A DNA stretch of 64,000 bases from Lingula anatina. Its lineage: Eukaryota > Animalia > Brachiopoda. The stretch lies in the NCBI GenBank assembly GCA_051362555.1, contig CM120643.1, positions 5,518,001 through 5,582,000 on the forward strand, read 5' to 3'. The notes beneath the pieces were generated by a model. It saw only the letters and a list, made by a program, of their open reading frames with translations, made no database searches and was not told the origin of the DNA. This document shows, piece after piece, positions 22,401-36,259 of this stretch. How positions within the stretch are numbered: the stretch's first letter is position 1; the number at the start of each line of letters is the position of its first letter. The position numbers and the translations under genes were made by a program.

Positions 22401-25400
22401 TTGGGCATACCTAGATTCGCGCCCCGAATCCCCACCAATACACTTCCAGGGGCTTCTCGTGCGGCATTCACACGTGGAAATTCAGGATTGGGCCTCGTCC
22501 GGGTCTAGCTCGAAGTAAGATTGCTTCATCTTCAAAGAAAACAACTTATGATTCAAGTTCTAAAGCAGTTTCCTAAATCAAGTATTTATAGGAACGCTCT
22601 GCTAGCTGTAATATGTAGTCGGCGATTTTCGAATCGTCCCCTGTTCCCCTAACTCCACGAACTTTAGAGAAGACAGTGTGAACACAGCTTTCGCCCAGGA
22701 ATCAGTTAACCTTGATTTACTTCGACAAAAATGTATCTTGCGGTTCCGAAGTGATTGGTTTGATAAATATAGCAACTTTTCTGTTTACAGGCATTCCGGC
22801 ACTTTCCGAGGTCTTACGTTTTCTGACCTGCGAGTACTACGATCTTACTACGCTCAGCCGTCGGCAATGCCGTATCCTTTCATCTCTACCCCACAACGTT
22901 ACGAAAAGTGACCGATGCTTTCTCAGTAAATCAAATTCTTACTACTCCTTACTTTGATTAATTAGAAATAGATTACCAGTTCAAGGCCTCGTATCATTTA
23001 ACTGTAGCTGTTATCTTTGCGAGGAGCTATTCGTTTCATTATCTATTTGGGTAAAAACTCTTTGATCAGAAAAGTTGGTGAGATTTACTGAATGGTTAAA
23101 AAAAGGGAACCACTGGACTTTGCTTCTCTAAAAGCGGGAATACGTCCAGAAATATGTGGATCTCTAATTTTGGCATGGCCATTAGCTTAAGTAATGAAAT
23201 CATACCAACTAAGTATTGCATAACCCGCAGATAACGGAGCATTGTTTTATATAAAAAGTACTTCTTTCTGTGTATTTTGCGTATTCAGAGATGAAGTCGA
23301 TCAGATAAGAGCTGTAGTTTTAGAAATGAAAGTGGGGTCGATTTCAGTTTCTGAACATTATACACTTGCTTTGAACATCCTCTCCAGTTTTTAGCAAGAC
23401 GGTAGCATTTTGTCTTTACAAGATGCTTTATTTTGTATTTGAGTGCCATAACAAAAAGGACCGTTAAAATCTGATTAAATGGAATTAGAAAATCTTATTA
23501 TATGAATTATGTTAAGACTTTCGGCTGTCTTAACTAGTTAACATAAAGCCACCTAGATATAACACTGACGGGGCGTGAACTTATAATAGAATCATGCTTA
23601 ATTTTATAGACGTTTATCTGAGCCGTTTTACAGTTCACGAAGATATGAACTACTTAAAACGGCATCGTGAATTTCAGTTAACATTAATATTTTACCCCGC
23701 TTCTTCTTTGCCATCACCATCTTTGGCTAGGAATTGGAAGAGAAACACAGGTTGTAGATTTTGAAACTAAATCACGGATTTGGATACGCGGCACCCTGAG
23801 GTTTAGTGATTAAGCGTGTTTCAGTGCGTTCTCTTCAACTTCATGGTCTGACTTAACTACGTAGATTTGCGCGAGAAGGCTGTTTGAGACTGCATGAGTT
23901 CTAATGTAGCTAACGCACTGCTAAGACATCCCTGTTTGCGTTGTGAATTATATTATATTTGTGATGCCGTATACATAATAGATCTGAGATATATTTTCAA
24001 AATCGAGAAAGCTTTATTCTATCAGGGTTCTATCAGTGGCATTCAGGGTGCCACAAGTAGCCGTCACTTTTAATTTGTTTACGGGCAACAAAACAGTTTA
24101 ACAGGCATGTTGCATGTAATTTGTAGTAGCAAGCTCCTTTATGCTGGGCTCGGTCGTAAGAGGAGATGAAAATTGAAATAAAAGTCACTGTGCTCGGAAA
24201 CGAACTATATAAGTTATTTCATCTGCTTGGGCACCATTGATAAACTTTGTTATAGCCTCCCACGTGGTGAGTTGCCGCAGGGTTCTACTATACAGGAATG
24301 CGTGTCTGGACCATGGACTGGCTGCCATAAAGTTTTCATAGAGGACCAGCTTCGCCATAATTCGGTGAATGGAAGAATCAACAAACTTTCCCTCCCTGAA
24401 CAACACAATTAGGTAACTGCCAAGTGTCTACAACTTTCACTTCTCACTTTTTTATTATTTACTTTGAACACTGACACACTGGGCCTACCACCATCTTATT
24501 ATTTCAAAACAGATATAATATCCAAAACCTTATTAAATATTTGGATAAAGAAATATGCAAAGAATTCACGTGGTCTGTATCAGTTTTGGCATCACTATGT
24601 CGAAAACAAGCGATCAAAATGTTCATATAATTTACTCCTAATATACATCAAGGTAGCAATTAACTGACTACGGCTGTGTTATTGAAATTCTATCATTCCA
24701 TGTAGAAATTAACTTATTAAATTGTCGTTTGTAGTTTTGTATCGGAGCATCTTGAGATTATGTGTATAAACAAACAAACATTTAGAGTACTTCCACATAT
24801 CACTTTTACTTTTTGTTAACGAAGAGGATCCGTAAATGTAACAACAACTTATTGATTTCTCCCATCTTGGGTTCAGCTATGTGGGGTCCCAGACCGCTTC
24901 ACCCAGATTTGGGGCTTGGTTCATAAATGAGCCCAAAATTAGACTAAAGTAGTCCAAACTTTGACCCAAGATAATCAGTACATGTATATCATAACTTCTA
25001 GTCTTTCAGTTCCTTGAATAAGGAAAACACTGGTCTGCTTAGGCAGCGGCTATTTTTTTATATAAAAAAACAGCGAAAGGGAGAACTCCTTGATGTCCTC
25101 TATCTGCCAGTGTAAATGGTATAAACACGAGGAGACATCTATGAATAGACCTTTATTGATATTTGCATGTATGCTTTTATCTAAAACTTCAATAAAATAT
25201 TGGAACGACTTATAAGCACTTGTGTGTCACCTAAATAAAGGTAGAATACCCGATGTTGACGACTATCGTGCAGTGTTTGGGAGAATCTGGGTGCCACAAT
25301 GGGCGTGTTGCAAGCCAGGTGAGAACTAATTGGTAAAATTTTGGCTCTTGGTTAAATCATATACGTGCTTTTTAACTTGATGTTTATTGACATCACACGT

Positions 25401-28400
25401 TTGAAGCTTCCTGTTATATCCTAAGCACCAACAATTGCCACTAATAGCTCGAGGATACGCATCCGCCTTTCAAAGTTTTCCCTTCTACCTCTTAAATTAC
25501 TTTGAAGAGTCCGGCGATAAAAAGAGGCTTCTGACACCGAACACGTTCCTGAGATCAAAGAGTTCATCCTCGGCGTGTGACGGCCTCGGGCACAACATTT
25601 AGCGTTTCTTAGACAGTAAATCGCTTTTTTCATCGGTGACACGACAAAGTTAAAGAAATACCGGTATGATGTAATAGCAGTAAGTCCTCCTTGTTACTTT
25701 CTTCCTCTACAAATTAGTGATGATCCTATACGTCCAATGAAATAACACGTGGAGGATTTGGTGTGTGTGTGTGTGTGTGTGAATGAGTGCCCACGCTCGG
25801 TCTTTTTTATTTATCTTATACTTTCACAACAACAGGTATGCCCAAGGAGAACAATGAACTAGTGATTAATGAATGACAGAATGAATGGATTAACAGTAAA
25901 AACAATATGTAAAATAATCACTTTCATGTCGAAAATGTAAAATCATTCATAGTTTGTGATATATATTCCCTTTTTCGTTTCCGTGACTCTGTATCTACGG
26001 TATTATGTCATGAGAAACGCTCTCAAGTGAGTGCTTAACTACTGCACGTTCTGTCGACCCCCTGACCCTCATTTTCCATAAGAAAATTTTTTATCAGTTA
26101 CACTTTAGTCTTCGTATGACTGCGCTTTGTCGATATCTGGAACACACATTAATTAAGTCAGCTTGACCGCTGGTCACTACCCTCAGAGACCATGGGTCAT
26201 AAACGAGTGACCAGCGTTCCGATCAGTTACCGACGTGCTCACAAACTGATCATAAACATCATGGGAAGACACATTTGATGGGAAAATCCCTCTTGGATGA
26301 GATTTTTGGCCTCTAATGACACCTGTAAACCTGTGGCATCTTCCACTTGTTAATCAAGTGTAATCAGTTTGACCAGGGAAATAAACAATAAGCGTGTGCA
26401 GCCCCATTCTCGCCCCCACTTGTTAGCCTAGTGTAAAAACATTGGTCACGCGCTGAACCCGCCCCGCCGCGCCCTCAACCACCTCATGACGCGACCACCC
26501 ATTTTCTTTGAAAAACAATCTCCCGTTTACATCGGATAGAACCAATTTGCTTTGTTTGGGTTTTCTTGCTGTACACATGGTTTTGATATGTTTAGGATAT
26601 TAAAAGGAATAAAAGGCAGGTGCACAAGGTGGGGAGTAACAATTCCAAGTAAACCTGAGTCAATAACCAAGTGTCTGAAATGCCCGGATATATTCGCAGT
26701 TTCTGATCATCTTCACTTTATTTTCATGTTTGTTTTTGCTCGAAATTTAGCGACCTTGAATCGCACTCTAAAATTATAAAGTGTACTTACTATTTTCTCC
26801 AATCTAAACTACCTTTTATATCGGTACTAATACTTTGTAACTATCTTAAATCTGTGTAAGTTGCACTGTATGTATACATGCGTGTATTAATGGACATAGG
26901 TTGTGTAAGACTACCAACAGTAACTCATAATAAAACATTTATTCGGTTTTTAACAATTTTTAAATTATCCTATCTAATTGTGGCTTGGCTTTTTCCATGA
27001 CTCATGAGAGAACAACACGAACGGAGCAAAATAAATACCTGTTTATTCAATCCTGGAACATTTAATGTAAAATTCAGAACTCTGACAGTGGCGTTTTCCA
27101 TCGCGGCATTGTACATTTTAGTGGGGAAAAGGCCAAGCAGGCTGTTAGATAGGTGGTTAAGTCTGTAAAAAAATATAAAAGAAACAATGATTGATAGATC
27201 AAAGATTAAATAGATTTGTTGGCTCTTAAAGTCAGTTGTTTAAATAATGACGCTGAAACTGAAGGACGCGTGCCATTAATTAAACGCCACAAGGTTGTAA
27301 CGGATCACGTTAAAATGAAAACAACTCAAGGATTCCGTTAAAGAGCCATCACGGGAGTTAATTATAAGACTATCATCAGATACTTTAACGCCACTTTAAG
27401 TTTGACAGAATATCTCGCGCAAGGGTAATTGAAAACTGCGTGTATGGATATGAAGTAAAGTGGGTCTGGTCATCGTTTTAAGTGACTGGTTGTATACCAC
27501 TAGGATCTTCTTTGGCAATGTTTTATAAGAAAAAGGGGCCTGATTGGATAGTGGCTAGAAGTTAAGGGAAAATAACGGCTGTGTTCAATGCAGAACATCA
27601 CAAACACTGACTTTACATTTCTCTCATATTTCTTTTTCATGTAGCTTAGGAATTTTATAATCACGACAATTTTATCTCTTTTTGTTCACATAGAGGTGAT
27701 GGTTATGGTTATATGAACCCAGGGAATCTGTCTGTGGTTACGCACGAGTTCTCACAGAAGGCAATCTGCTTCATGATTGAATTTTCAAATGATCCAAAAA
27801 CTTTCGTAGAAAATTGATCATTTGGCTGGATGCCATTGATTTTAACTTTGTCTTGAAATGTTTTGGTGGTGATCACGGGAATCTTGCACTTATAAATAAC
27901 CCGAGAATAAATTACTTAATATAATATAAATAACAAGCACCAGTAAATAGCCGGAGAATCTGCTCAATGATCGGAATGTATGTTTGGCTGTTACACATGT
28001 AAAAGTATTTTCATTTTAGCAATATTAGAAAGTGAGTTCGTTCGGCGTTAACATACACAACATTAAATGAAGGAGAGGAAATAACAAAATTTAGTCACTT
28101 TTGAAAAGTTTGTTTACTTATTCATTGCATGAATGCTATTGTTGTCAGTGCAGTTAAAAAATCGCAATGTAAAATACAGACAAAGCCAGCTGGAAATAAA
28201 ATATAATCAAAGCTACCAATATTTAAATTCGACCCTTTGGGATGGTTGAAAACTACTTCTGTTATTACAGGTTTTCTTTCCGCGATGCACAGTAATGTGA
28301 AATCTTTGTACTTGTTTATCCTGTTGCTTGGGCATTTGCGATGTTGGAGTGACCTTACAAATACCAGGCACAAGTTTTCATCCACCCCGATGAAAAAGAA

Positions 28401-28409
28401 CTGATCAAA

Positions 28410-28635
28410 GGTTGTGTTCAGATACAAAGTTATCGATCTAGCAGCATCGATCTATCTCTGCAGGTATTCTCGATAAAGTGCACTCCATGTAATTAGCTTA
28501 ATTGTCTGGGCCGCCTCTCAAGAAGTTAGGGGGTAATTATCTTTATCTCGTAGCGGACCAGAAAATTAACCTGATTATATCCCCGCACAGATAGATCGAT
28601 CTATCTGGACCGATAACTTTAATCTGAACACAGCC
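28410..28635. mobile_element. PIF/Harbinger-type MITE (~226 bp)
   Basis: ~50-bp imperfect TIRs: GGTTGTGTTCAGATACAAAGTTATCGATCTAG...ATCGATCTATCT versus the reverse complement of the right end, GGCTGTGTTCAGATTAAAGTTATCGGTCCAGATAGATCGATCTATCT. 3-bp flanks are degenerate (AAA/GAA). Confidence 0.7.
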
Positions 28636-28695
28636 GAAGACATCGCAAGAAGTAGATCAGTTGAGGAGTCGTCCCCGGCTGTGACTAGCAAGTTG

Positions 28696-28750
28696 TGTGT
28701 GTGTGTGTGTGTGTGTGCAGAGAGAGAGAGAGACAGAGAGAGAGAGAGAG
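28696..28750. repeat. (GT)n-(GA)n compound microsatellite
   Basis: Read directly from the sequence. Confidence 0.9.
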
Positions 28751-30702
28751 GAAGTAGAACAAAACAAAATCATCTGGAAAAAGAAGAAAATTAAATGATC
28801 AGAGGGTCAGAAGAGATAATTTTTTTTTGTAGAGTTCATATTTTTAGAATAATCACAGGTTGATGAGCAACTCGCTAGTTTGTTTTATGAAGCTCTGAAA
28901 TCCCACAGCACAATGCTAATGTCGGAAGGGCACGTCAGGTTAAATAGTCATATTTCTTTTTGATGATCCCAAAACATATTGTTTTGTCTTCGTTTCACCT
29001 CTGAAACACGAAATAAGAATACACTTCAAAACGAAATATTCTTTTTCGTAGCTGATGATGGCAGATGATGATTTCAAGTTTTATCTTCTTTAATAGTGAT
29101 CTAATGTTGCACACCCTGTGTGACGTCTTAGAAAGATTGCTTTCAGATTTATCATTAATCAAGGGAAGAGTGATGTGAAAGAAATGCACTATGCTTGAGC
29201 CAAGTCTGGGTAAAGGTTTCAACATTACCCCTTCTCTTTTGCCGCGATAAAGCCTACCGCGACAGTTAATTATAGCTGAAATGAACAGAATGCGTGTGTG
29301 CGTGCGTTCGTGCTTGCCAGCGTGCGTATTTTTTTTTAATTGATTACGCGTGTGTGTGTCCTTATGCACGTATCGTCCCTCCGTCCATTGTTTAGGCTCT
29401 GGAACTACCACTTTACTGTCTCATGCCAAAACCACCATTACTAATAGTACGTGACTAACTAGAGTTCTCGGAGCATGATTATTCGTCAGTTATATATAGA
29501 AGTTTGGTACTTGGGTAGTATCATACATCATAAAAGATTGTTTAACCGCATGTGCACTTTTTACACATTTTTAATGTTGGAAAAATTACTCAACCAAATC
29601 AAATATTAATCATGTGTTCGCACCGGGACATAACAACAAAGCAAAAGAATAATTAAAAATACCGCTATGATGATACAGTTCATCTATATGATTAATCGAA
29701 CATTCTTGGAGAATCTGACGAAACACCTCGACTATAGAAACTCGTCAGACAGATGGGAATGATTTCACAGTATTTCATCATGTTAGATGAAGATCACAGG
29801 TCAATAATGTGGAAATGAGAATATCACCCCCTTCTTCACAGGTGCACGGCGAGGTGAACGAACCGAGACAAAGCTTCATCATACCAAAGCCTGGGAGATT
29901 TCAAAGCAAGAGTAAAAACGCTGTGAAGTGTAGGAGCATAATGCCGTTGTCGCAATCACAAATTGCCAATTATGTTTAGATGAGTTGTAAAGATTATATT
30001 GTACGCAGCCAAGAGGAAGTTGTATATAAGTTTAAACTACATCAAGGCGTGCTATTAAAACACGATGCACTGAGCTTTGTTATGCCCGGTACTTGTATCC
30101 GTGGTGTCAGTGATGCCAGTCTATAGACCACTGAGACTGATGAACGCACCTCTGCATTTGTTGTTAATTTTTCATCCGCATGTTTTGTTCATTACGCTTA
30201 TAAATAGATGTAGAACAAACTTGTCTCTGATTTTGCTGTGTTGCGCATAATTAACATACAGAGCAGCTAATATATGTCTTTCACGTTTTCGCAGACGTTC
30301 ACGTTCCCTTCAGCTGAATTAGAAAAGTTTTCTTGTAACCAGACGTGTTTAATGTCCATCATTTTGACATTTTATGATTTGAAGGTAGAACTGAGTTTTG
30401 TGGGAAGGGAAGCGGTGGAGAGCTACGCCGCTTTCACCGGTAGCCAAACATTAGGTCGTCTGATGTATGATTCTTAATATCAGGAACACTGGAATTGTAA
30501 ATTAAGATAGGGGCGCATAAATTGCTAAGCACATAGCAAAAATTCACATTTTGTTGACTGCCCAGGAAGTAGCTTGTCATGACCTGTGAAACGTTACCAA
30601 GGCCACGCATCACCCCCTGGCCACCAATATCGACAAAAATGATCTGTACGCTTAAATGATATAACGCGTTACGTGATTGATTCTAAAAATGTAGGTAAAG
30701 TG

Positions 30703-30740
<38 letters not shown>

Positions 30741-33700
30741 TGGTTATGTTAATGAGTGTAAGTGTTATAATATGCTAATCATATCTCAGTTATTCTGCAA
30801 GAGCTAATATATATTATTTTTAACATGTAGTTATTGACAGGAACTGTCAGAAATGTTAGCCAGCAACATCTGTTTCTACCTGCTTGGTATGTTTTCACCA
30901 TTTCTCATACAAAATCAGCAGGTAGAAACCTAATAGCACACACTGACCACCGGCTGGCCGCTCTTCGGCCAGTGGTCAAGTGGCGACGTAACAACTACCT
31001 GTGAGGAAACCGCCTCCACTGAGAAATAAACAGGTGTAAAACAGTGGAGTGTTTCACCTGGGATTGGTGGTAGCCTATGGGTGGGAAAAGCACATGAATA
31101 AAGGCGGAAGACGTGAGGGAAGGCTGGGAAAAAACAAATATACAAAGCAAGTTTGGTAAATGGTCCATGATGTGAAATAAACAAGCATAACCAATATTAT
31201 GTAAAGATTATTCTAAAGACGCAACGCAAAGAGAGAGAGATAGTGAAAGAGAGAAATAAATGCTATAAATCGTATTGTACAGTAATACATTAATTAATCA
31301 GAATTTTCTGAAAAGAAAGAAGGCATTTCTATAGGAACGTTGTCAACATGCTAGGCAATTTGTTAATAAATAAAAAAACGGAGAAACAAGTTACTCGACG
31401 TTTCTAATGAATACCATATTCAAACTTCATTTTCATTAATTTCACTTCAGGAAAATTGCATTCAACTTGCCCCCTGTCCAACCTCGTAGTTCTATGTACA
31501 ACAGTTTTCTGTCCAGACAAACTTCTTTCACACAACCCAGCTGTTTAATACAAGTTTATGCGAGGTGGTCTGTTATTTGAAATTTCCTTTGCCTATTTAT
31601 CACACAGCGTATGTTGATGCGTTTTCACGCGGTCATGCTACATTCTGTTCCATTAAAAAGCTCAGTGCTTTTTCCGGACGCGTGGCGCTGGGATGATGCA
31701 CGAGCAGGTAAAAGCCGATCGCTTCTAAACGACACGCGGCCTCTGGTGATGTCTGTGTCAAAACCCCAGCGGCACAGAGTAACGGGGATGGTCAAGATAA
31801 TTTAAAACTCCGGTCGTTTTTTTTTTTTTTAATAGTAAGTGTTGACGGCACAGTCGTGTATACGCAGGTATCCCTTTTTTCATTTTTCATTTAATTTAGC
31901 GAGCGAGGCGACCGGATTTTCAAACTATAAACTTTGTGTGAAAAGGTTTACATTTTACCTTCTCTTAATGTGAATTATGAACTGCTGTTCTATGTAAACA
32001 TATGGTGACGTAGACTTTCGTGCAATGGGGTGGCACTTCTTTCTCTGGTGCAGATGGGGGAAGCAGAGTTTGCAAGCTCCACAGGAGAACTGATACTGTG
32101 AATAGTAAGAAATATAAACTTTTGTTTCAAGTATGGTTCACCGCTACATAGAGTGTTGGTTACATTCCTTTTGTAGGCTTTTTTTCACGCTTAGAGGACC
32201 TTACCGGTCCCAAACGTCACCAAGTAGTTCTCATAGCAGCATAAATACACTTAGACAGTCTTCTTTAACCAGTTCCTAAACAGTCCCTAAGAAATCACAG
32301 CCTTCCTGCAGGACGCAAACCAAGGAATTCCTTTACACCCGACAAAGATCAATCGAACTACCGTGAGGTCTAGGTAAACTGTTTTTTTTTTAATTGTAAT
32401 TAATTAATTACTTAACCTTTGAACTTTAACACTCTGAAATAAAATCAAGAACAAAAATCAAACATTCTGACTTGATTTCATTTCGAATTGATCACAGCAC
32501 TGAGATCGATGGATCTTGGAAAAATGTGAGCGCAGCCGAAGATTCACATGGGAATCTTAGTATCCCTGAATTATTTCTCATGTCAATGTTAATTGGTAAC
32601 AATTATATATTTGCCGCTGGCAGCGCCGGAAAAATAAACTTGGGAGATGAAGATTGCTCCATAACGACTTTAATGTGATTCGTTAATGCTTTGGGTTTTT
32701 ACGTATGAATGAAACACTTTGCTCAAATTGTAGGTTTATATAGTAGGTTTCCACCTAAAGCATGTTTTTGTTTAAATTTAGCTTCAACAAAGAAAAAACT
32801 CAGACACCTAGACAAGTTACTGGTGTACTCAAACCGCGAGGAACGCGTGCATCGCTAATGAGTAAAACAAACTCGCAAAAAGAAATAGTTATTTTAACAA
32901 AAACCAATTATCTGAACCTTTAGTGGTCGTTAACAGTGAATTATTTTCAAAGGGAGGTTTCTTGCCGGTCTAATAGCGCGTTACACGCAGTTTCACCTTT
33001 GACACCAGCACACGTCTTAAAGCATGATTTCCAGATAACAGTTTCCAATACTTTTACAAACTCAAGAAAAACGACTTTTTTTACTCAAGATCGGGTTGGC
33101 ATACTTGTCAAAGATTGATTTTCAAATCACGAGTTTCCTTCACAAGCGGATAATTTCATTTTTTTAGTTTCTACTAAAGTGTACAATCTTTATAAAAAAA
33201 AGGGACTAACTCCGAGCAGAAAGAGTAATGGAATGTAAAATTTCACGTGTACATATAAACACCATGTTGTTGATGTTTGTAACAAAACACGTGCAAGCTC
33301 AAAATTTCATGAAGTTAAGCGCACACAATTCTAACAAGATATTTATTCATACAAAATATGTTTTCCCAGTGATGTACTGTAAATTCTCATGTAATATATC
33401 TACGCCAACCTTTTAATGAAAGTAAAAGAAACTAAGCTCCAACAGACGACAAAGAAAAGAATGATTTCTTGTTTACAGCTGCCAAAACTTAAAGCACATC
33501 ACTAGCACTTCAAGAATAAGCTGAGCCAGACGACAGTTCGCTTCCTTAAATTTAATCCCACATCTGGAGACAATCCACCTTCCATTTATGGACAAACTGC
33601 GCTCATGCTGTAACACGGCACAAAGTAACGTGGTAATAATATTCCAACAAGTGGTCCGGTGTCTACTCTCTTGCAGCGCGTGCTGCAACCTGATAGGTTG

Positions 33701-35979
33701 AATCCGCACGAGGCGATAGGGTCACGTGGCCAGGTGGTACAGGCAGTTTTAAATGGCATTTTACCTTGTTTGGAAAGCGGCACGAGTGCAGGTAATTCGA
33801 TCCAGCTTATCAACTCTAATGCTGAGTGACATATGGGAAAGTGTGATAAAAATAACCGCAACAGCCGCCCGTGTTGCGAAGATCACTCAATGAAAAAGCC
33901 GTAACCATCCTGCTCAGCTGCGCTGACCCGTGTTGAGTTATTACGATACAAAATACTACAGCATACACTCTACTCTCCCTGATAAGATGCAGAAATACTG
34001 AGAAGATAGAGGTTTTTCTGAATGGACGATTTATGAAGAGTTTTGTAGCCAATTTCAGACACATTTAGTAAACAACAGTTACCTGAGGCTGTTGGGAAAG
34101 TGTTTGCCATTTGCTCACCTCTTTAAAAAGAGAACTCTATACTTCAAGATTTTTAACCTAAGCCAATTTACTGATGCCTGTAGAGCTATGTACATAGGTT
34201 TAGTTTAGTGAGGTAATTTTAATTTCACCTTCTAGACAGGGGTGACAGAACCATGTGTGCAATAATCCAAAAATAAAGATTTTGATGTTGAAAATAATTG
34301 TTTAAGCTCGCTCGTGAAACAAAAGCTGTACTTTTTATCCAAGAATTTTTCATAATTATATTATATACAGATAGATTCGTATACACGAAGTGAAAGAGTT
34401 TACACTGATACCCCGCATTTGTTTGGACAAATGAACGGAAATTTCGTTAAACAGCGTGAAACCCGCTTGCACAGCTTGTCACTCAGAGGTCCACTCAATC
34501 ACTTCACAGGCACCACGTGGTTGGCGCGAGACCTCGTGTCGGTCCAATCACCAGCACGTGCCAAAACCACAAAAAGTTCAATTTTAGTCTCAGTAGGGAT
34601 GATGGTTTTCGTGGATTTCGGTAAATTTTCCTAATCGAAACTAAACGATCTTCAAAATAAGATTGACTGAATCTAGGGTCGAGTGATGTTTTTTTTTTGT
34701 AGGTTGCATGTTGTGTAAGTCATCACAGCAGTTACTTTAGGTTTGTACTGCGTACCCTGCCACCCCTATATTAGATGTTTCCGAGTCCATCCCACACAAC
34801 TTGTTCCAGCCCCTTTCGGCTTCTCTCAGCGGGTTATGGCCGGCCCCTGTTTAACAAATAGGGCCAAACGACAGTGAGTGATAGCCGCTTCCCACCACAT
34901 CTCCTCAACGATCGTCTATAGGAGATATAATACGCCTCCCCGCCTACCACTTGTTAGATGAACGCGTTGTACATACGCGGCAGTCCGCCGAAAGACACCA
35001 AGTAATATAAACTTAATATCAGAGAAAGATACGCGTTAAGCAAAAGCAAATCCTGGAGCGAAAGGTGAACTTGAAAGTGATTTACTGTAGGAAGCTTTCA
35101 GAAAAAAACACTGACAAACAGGCTGTCTTGTCTTTTCAAGGTGGCAGTTGGTTGTTTTGAGAATCCGCAGATTACTTTGAAAGCAAAAAAGGCAACCAAG
35201 TCATCAACCTTAAGCACTCGTGTTATGGAAGTTGCTTATCTGAGAGCGCACACCTGGATATTTCGTTTCTAAGATACGTCCAGGAATTTCACGGTTATTA
35301 GAATATTCGGCAACTGTACAGAGGAGAGGTATTAGTGTTCCACAAACACTTTATTAACTCATCAATATACTTATTCATCCTAAACTCGCAAGGGCGCAAG
35401 TTTCTAGTCGTCTTCAGCTGTTTATCACCAAGTAACCACAGACAGTTAAGGGAGAAGCGTAAATCTGCCAATTAGCGCAGCGCGTCTTCCTTACGGTGCA
35501 TCATCGGGTTGCAGAAAGGTGTGTTGCAGATACTTCTTTCTTCTACCGCAAGTTGTACCGACCAGGTGATTTTTCGTAGACTTTAGCTAAATGTTTTAAG
35601 TACTTTGCCGCCTTTGAAGCCAAGCTAAGGTTGTATTCCACCCACCTGACGGGATTTCGTACGTTTTCATGTTCACTGCCGTCGCCTAGTGTTCAGCAAA
35701 CCCGACGTTACTTTGAAACGGAACGACACCCAGTTGGCTGATTTAGAGCAAGAACTTGGTTGAGCGCTGAATGGACGCATTTTATTAACAGTTACCGTGT
35801 ATCAAAGAGGGTGAAGACTGAGAAAGTGGTTCTTTTGCGCTGACTGGTTCCCCCTACCTTCCAAACCAGGTGGGCATATCAATCTCATACGTGAAGTAAA
35901 CATAGTTTGTGCTTTGATTCACCTAAGAAGATCGCCCAGATCCGTTACAGCTGCGTTAAGGCATGATTCAGGTTTGAAC

Positions 35980-36013
35980 TATAAGGGTTCCAGCCGCATC
36001 ACTGACATCATTT
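35980..36013 (+). promoter_or_regulatory. Candidate TATA + Initiator core promoter of the scratch gene
   Basis: TATAAG at 35980 and Inr-like TCATTT at 36008-36013, with the +1 A exactly 30 nt after the TATA start. The +1 A lies ~160 nt upstream of the ATG. E-boxes CAGCTG (35948) and CACCTG (36021) flank it. Confidence 0.5.
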
Positions 36014-36171
36014 CAGCGCACACCTGTGATAATCACTGTCTGTCAGATTACTCCGCCTGCCGAAGAAGATTCACAGAAAACGTTTGTCTCTCGGAAAGCA
36101 CCGACTGTTGCTGACTCCCAGAATTCGCCTAAATCGACTGGTTATTGTTCTTACACACATATCTACTCATC

Positions 36172-36259
36172 ATGCCTAGGGCTTTTATGATAACGAACAA
36201 AAGATACAACAACGAAGAGGATGGATGCTATCTCTCGGAGAAGGCCCATGGTTTCTCAG
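36172..36259 (+). CDS. scrt: scratch exon 1 (SNAG domain)
   Basis: ATG CCT AGG GCT TTT ATG ATA = MPRAFMI. Donor CAG|gtaggt. Confidence 0.9.

Noticed and set aside
22461-22478. Partial resemblance to the reverse complement of miR-124 (GGCATTCAC...)
   Set aside because: Only 9 nt match, the seed half is absent, and there is no precursor hairpin.
30876-31001. CAGGTAG as Zelda (TAGteam) sites
   Set aside because: Zelda is restricted to insects and some other pancrustaceans, and nothing here indicates such a genome. Kept only as generic CAGGTA-type sites.
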